This document shows positions 38,415-48,116 of a stretch of 64,000 nucleotides of DNA, piece by piece. The notes below the pieces were generated by a model. The model had not been told where the DNA came from and did no database searches. It saw nothing but the letters and a program-made list of their open reading frames with translations. Both the position numbers and the translations under genes were made by a program. Origin of the DNA: Patescibacteria group bacterium. GTDB taxonomy: Bacteria; Patescibacteriota; Patescibacteriia; UBA9570. Each line of letters begins with the position of its first letter. The first letter of the stretch is position 1. The stretch lies in assembly GCA_024277435.1 (NCBI GenBank), contig JAJRVJ010000031.1, forward strand, positions 11 through 64,010, given 5' to 3'.

Positions 38415-38855
38415 CTAATCCTTTTTTTGAATACGTAGTAACGAACCGGTAATAATCACAGCCGCAATTGTTTGCATCACTATCAAGGCAAGTTTTCCAT
38501 ATACAGGCGTATTGGCAGCATAAAACTGAATAGGGCCAATATATGAACCTAATGCAGTCACTACAGCAATAATCAGAAACCACCGTTGCGGACGTGTGGT
38601 CCATTTTAATAATTCTACATAAATAATGACTGCAGCTACTGCTGGTATAAGCGTTGCGGATATAGTTGCCAAATACGGCACTTCATACAAAGCTCCATTC
38701 GGTCCGCCTTGAGGAATAAGTAAAGTGATATCCAATACATTTACAATCAACCACTGCACAATAGCATTAACACCTGCAGCGATAATACCCGCTACAATAC
38801 CAGCGGACATTACGCGTTTATACAAAGCTTTAGAGATTGGTAGTTCTTCTGTCAT
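38415..38855 (-). CDS. 4-TM membrane protein (DUF6069-like)
   Basis: four hydrophobic helices; RPQRWF. Confidence 0.65.
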   Translation of the reverse strand: MTEELPISKALYKRVMSAGIVAGIIAAGVNAIVQWLIVNVLDITLLIPQGGPNGALYEVPYLATISATLIPAVAAVIIYVELLKWTTRPQRWFLIIAVVTALGSYIGPIQFYAANTPVYGKLALIVMQTIAAVIITGSLLRIQKKD

Positions 38856-38923
38856 CGCAGCTTAGTATACAGATATATTCCATTAATGCAACACTCATAG
38901 CGCCTCTCTTCTAATGTGTTAAC

Positions 38924-38964
38924 CCGTACTAGTTATCACTAAGTAATACTGATAACTAGTACGG
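38924..38964. terminator. perfect 15-bp hairpin downstream of the GC-rich gene
   Basis: ccgtactagttatca-11 nt-tgataactagtacgg. Confidence 0.7.
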
Positions 38965-39012
38965 TGAGCAGACCAGCTGTCACCGCGAGATGCTGGCTTG
39001 CGCCAGCGCACC

Positions 39013-39336
39013 CTAGTACGCTTCAACGTCGCCCGGCTGGAGAGTGAACTCCAGAGCCAGATCGTACTCCGGCAGGATAACCACCACGATGTCGTCGTCG
39101 GTTCCTCCCAGATCGTAGAGCGAGTCCACAGTCAGTTCATCCGGCACGTCGAGCTCAGTGAGGTCGGCCGAGTTGTCGGCGCAGTACGCCACAACCTGCC
39201 ACTCATCGCCCTCTTCGTCGGTGATGGTCCAGTTACCCACCTCTTCCCAGTCGCTGGGAATCGGCGGAGCCTCGCTCTCGATGTCGTACTTCGCGTCGTC
39301 GATGAGGCCCACTAGGGCACGCTTCAGCTCTTCCAT
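39013..39336 (-). CDS. GC-rich, highly acidic hypothetical protein
   Basis: GGAG RBS; G/C-ending codons; D/E-rich 107 aa; TAG stop. Confidence 0.7.
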   Translation of the reverse strand: MEELKRALVGLIDDAKYDIESEAPPIPSDWEEVGNWTITDEEGDEWQVVAYCADNSADLTELDVPDELTVDSLYDLGGTDDDIVVVILPEYDLALEFTLQPGDVEAY

Positions 39337-39487
39337 GGCTTCTCCGGGGTATACTTTACCAAATCGGCAAAGGGATGGTCTGCTCTCAACCTCCGCTAGC
39401 TATCCTAAATATAACTACCAGCGCAGATAAAAAGCCTTAACGATAATAACGTTAGTAAATAATGAACAAATAGTCAATTATAAAACA

Positions 39488-39518
39488 AAATACCGCTCGA
39501 TTATTTCGAGCGGTATTT
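39488..39518. terminator. intrinsic terminator
   Basis: aaataccgctcga-ttatt-tcgagcggtattt. Confidence 0.85.
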
Positions 39519-39539
39519 GTACCTGTTAATGACTTCTGC

Positions 39540-40523
39540 TTATAGTGCAGAGGCCGCTATAATATCACCATATGGGACAGCTTCTTCTTCAGTACTTCCA
39601 GCGAATTCATATTCAACATATACCCGTCCGGCATCAGTATCAATACTAGATACAGTTGCCTCGTCCATAGCGCCAAATAGTGGAAACATTACTGCGTCAC
39701 CAACCTGCACATCTGGAATAATTGGTAGTGCCACGGCATCTGCCTTTTCAACTACATCCATTACTCCTGCAAAGCCAATTACAAGTAACTTGCCATCAGC
39801 CTCATTGATAACTTGATAATGATTCCAAACGCCATTATTATCTACAGCTACAGCTGTGCCTGGTTGATATGGGGTGTCTAGTGTGATAAATGAATCAGCT
39901 TCCAATTCTTCACTAACCTCCGCTATTGGAGTTCCATCTGAAGTTGTAGCAGGATTATCCAATGCAATGTCTAAATATAATACTTCTGGAGTGGCTGGAT
40001 TTGTTGCATCAACAACGTAACCACGCTGCATCCCAGAACCAGATTGCCACCATGTAAGCACCACATCACCTACTGCAGCCGTTTCACCTGCAGGCAATGC
40101 AACCATCATTGCATTAGGCATTTGTGCAGAATCAATTACTTCTGTAAGTGTGGATTCTACAGCGCCAACTTCTTCTACTGTTGCGCTGTAATAAATGAAT
40201 GTGGAATTATCGGCACCTTCAACAAATGCTTCCTCTACCCATTCAGCCGGGGGAGCTAATACATACTCACCAACCTTAGCTGTTGTTGCTGTAGCTGGAA
40301 AATCAAATGGCACCTCACCTGGCTCAGCCACTACTGTTACTGCATCACCATCTCCTTCGCTATCGTTAGTGTTAGCGTTAGTAGTGTCTGTAGAATCATT
40401 CGTTGTTGATTCTGAAGCATTTGTATTGGATGTTGTTGTTTCAGACGATGTACATCCTGCCCCAATAAGGGTGAAGCTAGCAACTAAGAAAGCGCCAGCG
40501 AGTACTAACTGTTTTTTACGCAT
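39540..40523 (-). CDS. acidic lipoprotein with Tudor/SH3-like repeats
   Basis: GAGC lipobox, S/T/N linker, repeated VGD/EYVLA motifs. Confidence 0.75.
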   Translation of the reverse strand: MRKKQLVLAGAFLVASFTLIGAGCTSSETTTSNTNASESTTNDSTDTTNANTNDSEGDGDAVTVVAEPGEVPFDFPATATTAKVGEYVLAPPAEWVEEAFVEGADNSTFIYYSATVEEVGAVESTLTEVIDSAQMPNAMMVALPAGETAAVGDVVLTWWQSGSGMQRGYVVDATNPATPEVLYLDIALDNPATTSDGTPIAEVSEELEADSFITLDTPYQPGTAVAVDNNGVWNHYQVINEADGKLLVIGFAGVMDVVEKADAVALPIIPDVQVGDAVMFPLFGAMDEATVSSIDTDAGRVYVEYEFAGSTEEEAVPYGDIIAASAL

Positions 40524-40659
40524 ACTATATAGTATAGTTAATTATAAATTGACTTCAATGCAGTATAGCAAATTATTGCTTAGTGATCGAGTGAAACGCA
40601 TGATAGTATACATCTATTATGTTATCCCACACCCACTATCTACAACAACTAAAGCTTTT

Positions 40660-41277
40660 TTAAGCACTCTTTTTTGTGTAGTACAGTGTGAAGTACGGAA
40701 CCTCGTTCCATACTTTTTTTGTAATTGCCCTACGTTCTAATGGATAGTTCGCAAGAAGCTTTTGAATCTCTTCGGGGCTAGAATACCTATAGTATCGTTT
40801 AATATTATTACGCTCAATCTCCCCCTCAAAATCACCGTGGCGCATAGTTATAGCCAGTACACCATTATTATCCTTTAATAACTCAATAACATGGTGTAGA
40901 GATTTAATAAGTGCCCCTTTATCCATATTGTGCAAAGAGCTACATGCCCAAATTGCATCAAAGGGCTCTTCAGGAGAGTACTCATCCATTGCTGAGCACA
41001 CAAACTGTACATTCTTCATGTTATCAGCGCTACTACGGGCCCGCTCTATCATTCCCGGAGATAGATCCACGCCAGTAACAGCATATCCCATCTTGGCGAA
41101 CTGAATACTATGCATACCACTACCACAACCAAGATCAAGAATAGTTTTTACGGAATGCTCTTTTAGTAAATCAAAAAATGGTTTATTAATCTGTAGCAAA
41201 TCATCGCCAAGAACCATTAGGTCGTCCCATAACTTGGATTCTTGATTATAACTATCTTTAATTTGCTGTTGTTTCAT
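40660..41277 (-). CDS. class I SAM-dependent methyltransferase
   Basis: ILDLGCGSG, GVDLS, FDAIWA..SLH; ATG 41277 after TGATACACT. Confidence 0.9.
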   Translation of the reverse strand: MKQQQIKDSYNQESKLWDDLMVLGDDLLQINKPFFDLLKEHSVKTILDLGCGSGMHSIQFAKMGYAVTGVDLSPGMIERARSSADNMKNVQFVCSAMDEYSPEEPFDAIWACSSLHNMDKGALIKSLHHVIELLKDNNGVLAITMRHGDFEGEIERNNIKRYYRYSSPEEIQKLLANYPLERRAITKKVWNEVPYFTLYYTKKSA

Positions 41278-41353
41278 GCTGATTAGTGTATCATATAAAT
41301 ACAAGAGAGCCGCTTGATGCGGCCCTCTATGAATTCTTACCCCCTCTAGGTTA

Positions 41354-42091
41354 TTATTTTTGATGCTGTTGACCACCATGTCCTTTAAAATCTGGACGAT
41401 CTGGATGCAACTCCTGCATAAGCTCATGTGCAGCCGCTCTATCTCCTGATTCCATGAGTTCATGCGCTTCACTATGTGATTCAAAGCTTTCTTCTGATGT
41501 AATATCATCAATTTTTTCTTGATCAATTCCCTTTTCCTCTAGTTCTTCAGCCATAAATGTAGACCAACCTTCGTAATCATCATTCTCAAAGTACTCTACC
41601 ATCTCTTCTCTATGCTCACCTTTCATTCCATGTGAACCCTTACCAATTCTTCCTCTTTCTCCCATATGCTCTTCACGCTCCTCTTCTCGTAATTCTTGCA
41701 ATCCATCTTCACCAGATTCTTCATATACTGCTACGATTTCGTTAAAGTGTTCTTCGGAAGTACTTTCAGCAATCCGCTCCTCCATTTTTTCTACCATATG
41801 CTCTGGTGCATTTTCTAACAGCGCAGATGGCCGAGCTTCTTCAATTGCCGTTACCCAAGAATCATAGTCGTTAGCTGCGATGGCATCGATGATGGTTTGT
41901 TTTTGCTCATCGGTGATCTGCGGTTTCTGCATGTGGCGAAGACCAAATCCACGTTTTACTGTATCTTCTACTACTGTATCTGAGGTTGTGTCTGTGGCGG
42001 AGCCTTCTTGAGCAGAGGCAGAGGTAGCTCCAGCTGCTAATGCAATTCCTAAACCAGTTGCCGTAAGTGTTAGTAAACGTTTTTTATTCAT
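41354..42091 (-). CDS. secreted Glu/His/Met-rich helical protein
   Basis: signal peptide (ASA-Q); two ANDY/ENDDY..W repeats. Confidence 0.7.
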   Translation of the reverse strand: MNKKRLLTLTATGLGIALAAGATSASAQEGSATDTTSDTVVEDTVKRGFGLRHMQKPQITDEQKQTIIDAIAANDYDSWVTAIEEARPSALLENAPEHMVEKMEERIAESTSEEHFNEIVAVYEESGEDGLQELREEEREEHMGERGRIGKGSHGMKGEHREEMVEYFENDDYEGWSTFMAEELEEKGIDQEKIDDITSEESFESHSEAHELMESGDRAAAHELMQELHPDRPDFKGHGGQQHQK

Positions 42092-42210
42092 ATGCGTATA
42101 GCATTAATGTAATGCTTAGTTATATATTAGTTGCTTTTTATAACAGGCCTGTCACTAAGTACTACGCAGGCTATACGTATTTTCTTTCACTATATAACTA
42201 TTAGCCTTAT

Positions 42211-43977
42211 TTAACTTGATGATTGTGCTGAATCTATAAGTGTAAGGGCATCCTGAAATGACATTGCTTTCTTTACACGCCCACCTTGAATGAAAATAAT
42301 TTCATCAGCTGATTCAATAGTATTAAGGCGATGCGCAATTACCACCATAGCTATATCATTACGTAACTGTTCTAAAATATGATTCAATTGCTTCTCGGTT
42401 ACCGTATCTACATTTGCTGTAGCTTCATCAAGAATAAGTAGCTTTGGCTTACGAATTACCGCTCGCATAAACGCTACCAACTGCTGCTGCCCCAAGCTTA
42501 ATGAATCACTATCTAAATTTACCTCAGTAGCCAAGCCTTCAGGAAATTTTTCAAGAATAGTGCCTAGCTGCATTTCGTCAATAATTGCGCTTAACTTCTT
42601 CTCGTTATACCCATTGGTAAATTCTGGATGACCCATCGCAATGTTCATGCCAACACTTCCAGAAAATAATACGGGATCTTGCAGAATAAATCCTACCTCC
42701 TTGGCTATTTCCTCTGGTGTGTAACCACGAATATCCTTCCCGTTTAATAGAATACTTCCTTCCTGTACATCGTATAAGCGCATCATTAATGCAGCGGTAG
42801 TAGATTTACCACCGCCGGTTGGTCCCACCACGGCAACTGTAGTGCCGGGCTGAATACAAATGGTTGCATTATGTAATACATATTTTTCTGAATCATATCC
42901 AAATGACACATTATGAAACTGCATGATTGGCTCATCGCACTGCTCGGTGGCCACTATTTTTTCTGGCTCCAGTACTGGTAAATTATTTTTTAGCGACAAT
43001 AGAATCACTAAGCGCTTCCAAGCGGCGATAGATTTTTGTACATTAGCCCATAACGATGCAATGATGCGCAATGGTTCAAAAAATCTTCGCGCATAGGCAA
43101 AATAACTTACTAACAATCCAATGGTAATAGCATCTTGCCCCAATAAATACAAACCATATATAAGAACAACAATTTGCGTAATCTGTCCGGCAAATCTATA
43201 TAGTGGAGCAATAATACTATTAGCGATTCCGGCCATACGAGTTGCTTTGTATACCACTTGGCTTTGCTCCTCTAATGTAAAAACAAAGTAGTCGCGCCGC
43301 CCAAAAGCTATTACGGCTTTCATATTTTCTATCTGCTCTTGTACGTCCGCCGAAAACTCACCGGCCGTATCTAAACTCTTTTTATTTAAACGCTGCAGAA
43401 TTGCGTTACTTACCCGTGTGATGATAAATAATCCAACCGCTACACTTAATGTGGCTATTCCTAAACGCGGGTTAAGAATAACCATAAATACACCAATGCC
43501 AAATACGATGAAAAAACTACTTAATAAACGAACCAGTGTTTCTGCGAATAATGAATTAATAGTATTTGCATCGGTAGTAATACGCGCTACTAAATCTCCC
43601 GTTTTATTACTATTAAAAAATGCAATTGGTAAAAACTGGATCTTTGAAAATAATTTCTGGCGCAATCGATATAATACCCGCCGCCCGATGCGGCCCATTA
43701 ACTGAATATTGGCATAGCGCGTTAATCCAATAATCATATATACGCCAATTAATCCTATTGAGATTTGTACAAGTAACTCATAGTTATTTTCCATAATAGC
43801 CACATCTACTGCTTGACCCAATAAATATGGTGCCAGCACTTCAGCAGAAGCGTTTAGTAGTATAGTAACCCCGGCAATTCCTACACGCCTCCACTCCGGC
43901 TTCATAAATGGCCTAAACCCTTTGAATGCCTCCCAAAATGAAATTGCCTCTGTGTTGTTGTCTAAACGATAATTCAT
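42211..43977 (-). CDS. ABC exporter half-transporter (consensus NBD)
   Basis: 6 TM + GPTGGGKS, LSLGQQQ, ILDEAT, IAHRL. Confidence 0.92.
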   Translation of the reverse strand: MNYRLDNNTEAISFWEAFKGFRPFMKPEWRRVGIAGVTILLNASAEVLAPYLLGQAVDVAIMENNYELLVQISIGLIGVYMIIGLTRYANIQLMGRIGRRVLYRLRQKLFSKIQFLPIAFFNSNKTGDLVARITTDANTINSLFAETLVRLLSSFFIVFGIGVFMVILNPRLGIATLSVAVGLFIITRVSNAILQRLNKKSLDTAGEFSADVQEQIENMKAVIAFGRRDYFVFTLEEQSQVVYKATRMAGIANSIIAPLYRFAGQITQIVVLIYGLYLLGQDAITIGLLVSYFAYARRFFEPLRIIASLWANVQKSIAAWKRLVILLSLKNNLPVLEPEKIVATEQCDEPIMQFHNVSFGYDSEKYVLHNATICIQPGTTVAVVGPTGGGKSTTAALMMRLYDVQEGSILLNGKDIRGYTPEEIAKEVGFILQDPVLFSGSVGMNIAMGHPEFTNGYNEKKLSAIIDEMQLGTILEKFPEGLATEVNLDSDSLSLGQQQLVAFMRAVIRKPKLLILDEATANVDTVTEKQLNHILEQLRNDIAMVVIAHRLNTIESADEIIFIQGGRVKKAMSFQDALTLIDSAQSSS

Positions 43978-45683
43978 GATGATAATCCATTTTCAGTATT
44001 TTGCTGTGATTCTGCAATTTGCTGATATTCAAATGAGTGCTTCATTAACTCGTCATGCGTACCAGTAGCTAACACTTCTCCTTCCATTAATACAATAATA
44101 TGATCGGCATCAACGATAGATTCTATAGTTTGGCTTACCACAATTCGGGTTTGATGGGGAAACGCTTCTGTGAATCGATCACGAATACGCTTATTTGTTG
44201 CCATGTCTACCCGGGCTATAAAATCATCTAGTAATAATATGTCTGGCTTATGCACTAACGCACGAGCTAAACTTACCCGTTGCTTCTGACCACCTGATAA
44301 ATTTGTACCACGCTCACTTACAATAGAATCTAGTCCATTCTCTAAGCCTTTAGCAAATTCCTCCAGGTCGGCTACGTGTAGTGCCTGCCAAATATCCTCA
44401 TCCGGAATAGAATGTCCGAGTGCAATATTATCTCGCAACGATCCCTGAAAAATAACATGGCCTTGAAATACCATACCAGTATGCAAGCGCCACTGTGCCC
44501 GATCGATATCATTAAATTGAATATCATCGATACGTAACTCACCTTCATCTGGCTGAATCAAACCAAGTAGCATATACAACACGTGCGTTTTACCAGCGGC
44601 CGTGGGCCCAATAATGGCTGTATATTTACCGAATGGAATATCAAATGATACGTTACGCAATATTGGCTTCTTATCAATCATAAACGATACATCTGTGAAG
44701 GAAATAGTATCACGCATTGATGGCACTACCGTTCCACCCTCAATAACCGGTACTGCGGTTAATACGGTTTTCATTCTAGAAAATGCTACGCCAGCACGTA
44801 TAAATATATTACTCACGAAACCTAATATAAAAATAGGAGTAATCAAGCCAGCTAAATATGTATAAAACGCTGTAAACTGCCCAATAGTGAGCTGATCATG
44901 CAGCACTTTCCAACCACCGTACCATATAACAACTACTATGCTGATGCTGGATAGTACATTTAATAATGGAAAAAAACTTCCAAAGGTTGCTAATAAACGA
45001 TAACCAATATCACGAGCTTCTCTATTGGCACCATCAAAATTAGCATCAAGATGTTTCTGTGCGAATAATACTCGTACAATAGTTGATCCAATAATTGATT
45101 CTGAAATCACTTTATTCAGCCGATCGGTATTGCTGCGTAATTCTTGAAATAACTTACGAATCCTTCGCATAACCACTTGAAACACAATAATCAATATTGG
45201 CATGGTGGCTAATGCTGATAGTGCTAATTTTACATCAATAGTAAATAGCATAATAGCACTACCAACAATCATAAATATTGCTGAAAGAATAGTTACAAAT
45301 CCCTGAGAAATTACTACCTTTACCTCATCTATATCGGAGGTGAAATTTGTAAGTAATTTAGCAGACGAATGTTTCTGAACAAATGCGTATGGTTGCCTGG
45401 CTAATGATTTTGCTAAAGCCGATCGTAAATCTACTGCTAAATGCTCGGTAACGGTTGTGCCAACAATAAGTTGAATAACACTGGCCGCTAAACCAATAAC
45501 AACAATTACTGATAGAAATATCAGTGTGCTATTTGGAGAAAATCCTTCTACCACAAACTGATCAATGGATTTACCAATTGTACCTGGAATAACTAGCGCG
45601 GCTCCACTACTCACAATACCTAAAAGAAATAGGAGTACGATCCAAATGCGATACGGTTTAATATATGGCCATAATTCTTTCAT
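43974..45683 (-). CDS. ABC exporter half-transporter (degenerate NBD partner)
   Basis: 6 TM + GPTAAGKT, LSGGQKQR, LLDD, VSQ switch; ATGA overlap with the partner gene. Confidence 0.92.
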   Translation of the reverse strand: MKELWPYIKPYRIWIVLLFLLGIVSSGAALVIPGTIGKSIDQFVVEGFSPNSTLIFLSVIVVIGLAASVIQLIVGTTVTEHLAVDLRSALAKSLARQPYAFVQKHSSAKLLTNFTSDIDEVKVVISQGFVTILSAIFMIVGSAIMLFTIDVKLALSALATMPILIIVFQVVMRRIRKLFQELRSNTDRLNKVISESIIGSTIVRVLFAQKHLDANFDGANREARDIGYRLLATFGSFFPLLNVLSSISIVVVIWYGGWKVLHDQLTIGQFTAFYTYLAGLITPIFILGFVSNIFIRAGVAFSRMKTVLTAVPVIEGGTVVPSMRDTISFTDVSFMIDKKPILRNVSFDIPFGKYTAIIGPTAAGKTHVLYMLLGLIQPDEGELRIDDIQFNDIDRAQWRLHTGMVFQGHVIFQGSLRDNIALGHSIPDEDIWQALHVADLEEFAKGLENGLDSIVSERGTNLSGGQKQRVSLARALVHKPDILLLDDFIARVDMATNKRIRDRFTEAFPHQTRIVVSQTIESIVDADHIIVLMEGEVLATGTHDELMKHSFEYQQIAESQQNTENGLSS

Positions 45684-45752
45684 GAAAAGCTAGTGTAGCA
45701 CACACCCTATATCAATGTCATGCAAGTACTACAAGAGAAATTGCATAGCATT

Positions 45753-45831
45753 GGGCAGGGCGGCAGCGTGAATCCGAAAACACACGCTGCGCGCGACCAG
45801 CTCCGCCCGAAGGCGAAGTGGTGCTCTGCCC
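45753..45831. repeat. GC-rich branched palindromic element
   Basis: gggcagggc/gctctgccc closing stem; gcagcgtg/cacgctgc and cgcc-cgaa-ggcg arms. Confidence 0.65.
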
Positions 45832-45877
45832 CGGTTCAGAACCATATGTATCCGATGCACATCAAGCGTATTTATGC

Positions 45878-46597
45878 TTACTCTAGATCGAGCTCTAAAA
45901 ACGTAATTATACTATTCGCCACGCCCTCGGCGACAATATCGGCTTGATTAATAAGAAAATCTTGATCAGCCGCATTTGTAAGAAAAGCGGTTTCTAATAT
46001 TGCCGCTGGTGTTTGTGGATGAATTGAATGTTCATATTTCAACCAGTTAAACCCATAATAATAGCGCATGGCTCGTGTAATTCTTCCAGACCGTACTAAG
46101 CCGGTAGCTGCCTGATATTCAGCATTAATAACACCCGATAATTCCTGGCTGGCTGGAGTTAATGAATAGCCAGACCGTGATACAGAAAAACCATGAGCAG
46201 CCCGATTCTCGCTACCATCGGCATGGAGTGCAACAAATGCATCAGCTGTATAGTTAGGTGGAATAGTAGCTGGTAATAACTCTATTTCCACATCATATGG
46301 CTCAAGTAATTCTGCGGTCTTCTCAGCAATAACCAGCATAGCTTCAGGTTCGGTTACTCCACCACCGTGTGAACCTAAGCTACTGCCACGTAGTGAATCC
46401 AATTCATCGGGTAGTTCATTATTTTTCCAATGACCAATCTGTAGCGCTACCCGCGGTGTGGCACTACTTAGTATACTTGGTTGGAATAGTTGAGTTTTTG
46501 CATAGGCCACTGAATTTACTACGTACGTAGTTACTCCTACTGTAAGAATAGTAATAGCAAATCCAATAACTAGAGCTGTATATTTAGTGTTCTTCAT
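45878..46597 (-). CDS. N-acetylmuramoyl-L-alanine amidase (Amidase_3)
   Basis: LQIGH, TEPE, ALHADG, ILETAFLTN. Confidence 0.85.
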   Translation of the reverse strand: MKNTKYTALVIGFAITILTVGVTTYVVNSVAYAKTQLFQPSILSSATPRVALQIGHWKNNELPDELDSLRGSSLGSHGGGVTEPEAMLVIAEKTAELLEPYDVEIELLPATIPPNYTADAFVALHADGSENRAAHGFSVSRSGYSLTPASQELSGVINAEYQAATGLVRSGRITRAMRYYYGFNWLKYEHSIHPQTPAAILETAFLTNAADQDFLINQADIVAEGVANSIITFLELDLE

Positions 46598-46655
46598 ATA
46601 TATTGGCCATATGAGCCAATACGGAATCTACACTACATTGCGTACAATTGCAAAT

Positions 46656-48065
46656 CTATTTTACAGTGATAGCCGTTACCATTCCTGACTCTGCGTGTTC
46701 TAGAATGTGACAATGATTTGCCCATGTCCCTTCATCTAATGGCACCATACCAACATCCACCGTTTCTTTTCCGTTTACAAGCACAGTATCCCGCAAATAC
46801 CCCTCATTTACTAGTGCCCCATCTTTAGCGAGTACTTTAAAGAATTGTCCATGAAGATGCATTGGATGAAGCCGACCTGAATTGTTCGTGAAGCGAATTT
46901 TTACAAACTCACCTTTCTCAAATTCTGCTATCTCTCCATTAGGATACACCTCTCCATTCATTGTCCACACTATACCCGTATCTGTGCGTTCGGCATCTAA
47001 TACGTATTCGTAATCAACTGGCTCATTAGTGGCATTAACCCAGCTTGATACATCTGTAGCAATAGGATACTCAAAATCCGGAGTAGCTACAGTATCACCC
47101 ATATCACCAACAACAATTTTTCCAAGTGTATTTATATTACGGGTATAAGTATCGGTTATGACAATAGTTTTTCCAGCATACGTTTGTGGAATACTAATAT
47201 CCACATCTATCCGATTACCCGGAGCTAGCTCAAACCCGTTTGCAGACATTACCCCCGCTACCTTCATTCCATCTACCGCTATTAACGCAGCGTCAAGCCT
47301 ACTAAAATCCGGAGTGTACACTCGCCCATTGGAAACATTTACCAAGCGTAACCTAATGCGTTCACCAGGTTTTACAGATAATTGTTCATCACTACTTCCA
47401 TTTACAGTAATTACATTTCCCCAACGGCCATCGTGCATCAAATCATGGTTGGTATTAAACGCCTCATTGAGCTCGCCCGTCTCTGTAATGCGCCAATCAT
47501 CCACTACCCAAGTAACGTCTTGTGAATATTCTGGATCAGCTGGATCTTCTACAATTAACGTTCCGTACAATCCCCGTTCTACCTGTTCACTTGTACGTAC
47601 ATGTGGATGATACCAAAATGTACCAGCGTCTTTTGGTGTAAATTCATACACAAATGATTCTCCTGGCTGAATTGGATCCTGCGTAACCCCAGGAACACCA
47701 TCCATTGCATTAGGAACGCGTACTCCATGCCAATGAATGGTGGTTTCTTGCGGAAGATCATTTGTAAAATTCACACGCACAGTATCACCAAGCTCCACTC
47801 GCAGCTCTGGTCCTGGCACTTCACCATTATAGGTAAATCCATCAATTTCTATACCCTCCGCTAATGCGTACGTAGTTTGTGATGCTGTGATATCGAATTC
47901 TTTTACTACTCCCGTGGCATTACTCGCTTCCGAGTAATTTACAGAATACCCATTATCACTTTCATAATTTTTCTTTTCCTTCTCTACGCTGTAGAGATAG
48001 CTAAGTACTAGCCACAGTATAGCCGCTACGATTAATATGATTATGCGTTTTTTCTTAGTATTCAT
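46656..48065 (-). CDS. membrane-anchored multicopper oxidase
   Basis: IHWHG, WYHPH, HPMHLHG, HCHILEHAESGM. Confidence 0.95.
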   Translation of the reverse strand: MNTKKKRIIILIVAAILWLVLSYLYSVEKEKKNYESDNGYSVNYSEASNATGVVKEFDITASQTTYALAEGIEIDGFTYNGEVPGPELRVELGDTVRVNFTNDLPQETTIHWHGVRVPNAMDGVPGVTQDPIQPGESFVYEFTPKDAGTFWYHPHVRTSEQVERGLYGTLIVEDPADPEYSQDVTWVVDDWRITETGELNEAFNTNHDLMHDGRWGNVITVNGSSDEQLSVKPGERIRLRLVNVSNGRVYTPDFSRLDAALIAVDGMKVAGVMSANGFELAPGNRIDVDISIPQTYAGKTIVITDTYTRNINTLGKIVVGDMGDTVATPDFEYPIATDVSSWVNATNEPVDYEYVLDAERTDTGIVWTMNGEVYPNGEIAEFEKGEFVKIRFTNNSGRLHPMHLHGQFFKVLAKDGALVNEGYLRDTVLVNGKETVDVGMVPLDEGTWANHCHILEHAESGMVTAITVK

Positions 48066-48116
48066 ACGTTCGTCCAATTCAAGATTAATATCTCATTTAT
48101 CATTGCTCTTCAAGTA

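Noticed and set aside
38998-39430. + strand ORFs 38998-39315 and 39158-39430
   Set aside because: Antisense shadows of the GC-rich minus-strand gene, which has the SD and codon bias
45720-45947. 75-aa + strand ORF
   Set aside because: Crosses the palindromic element and overlaps the amidase 3' end; no protein features
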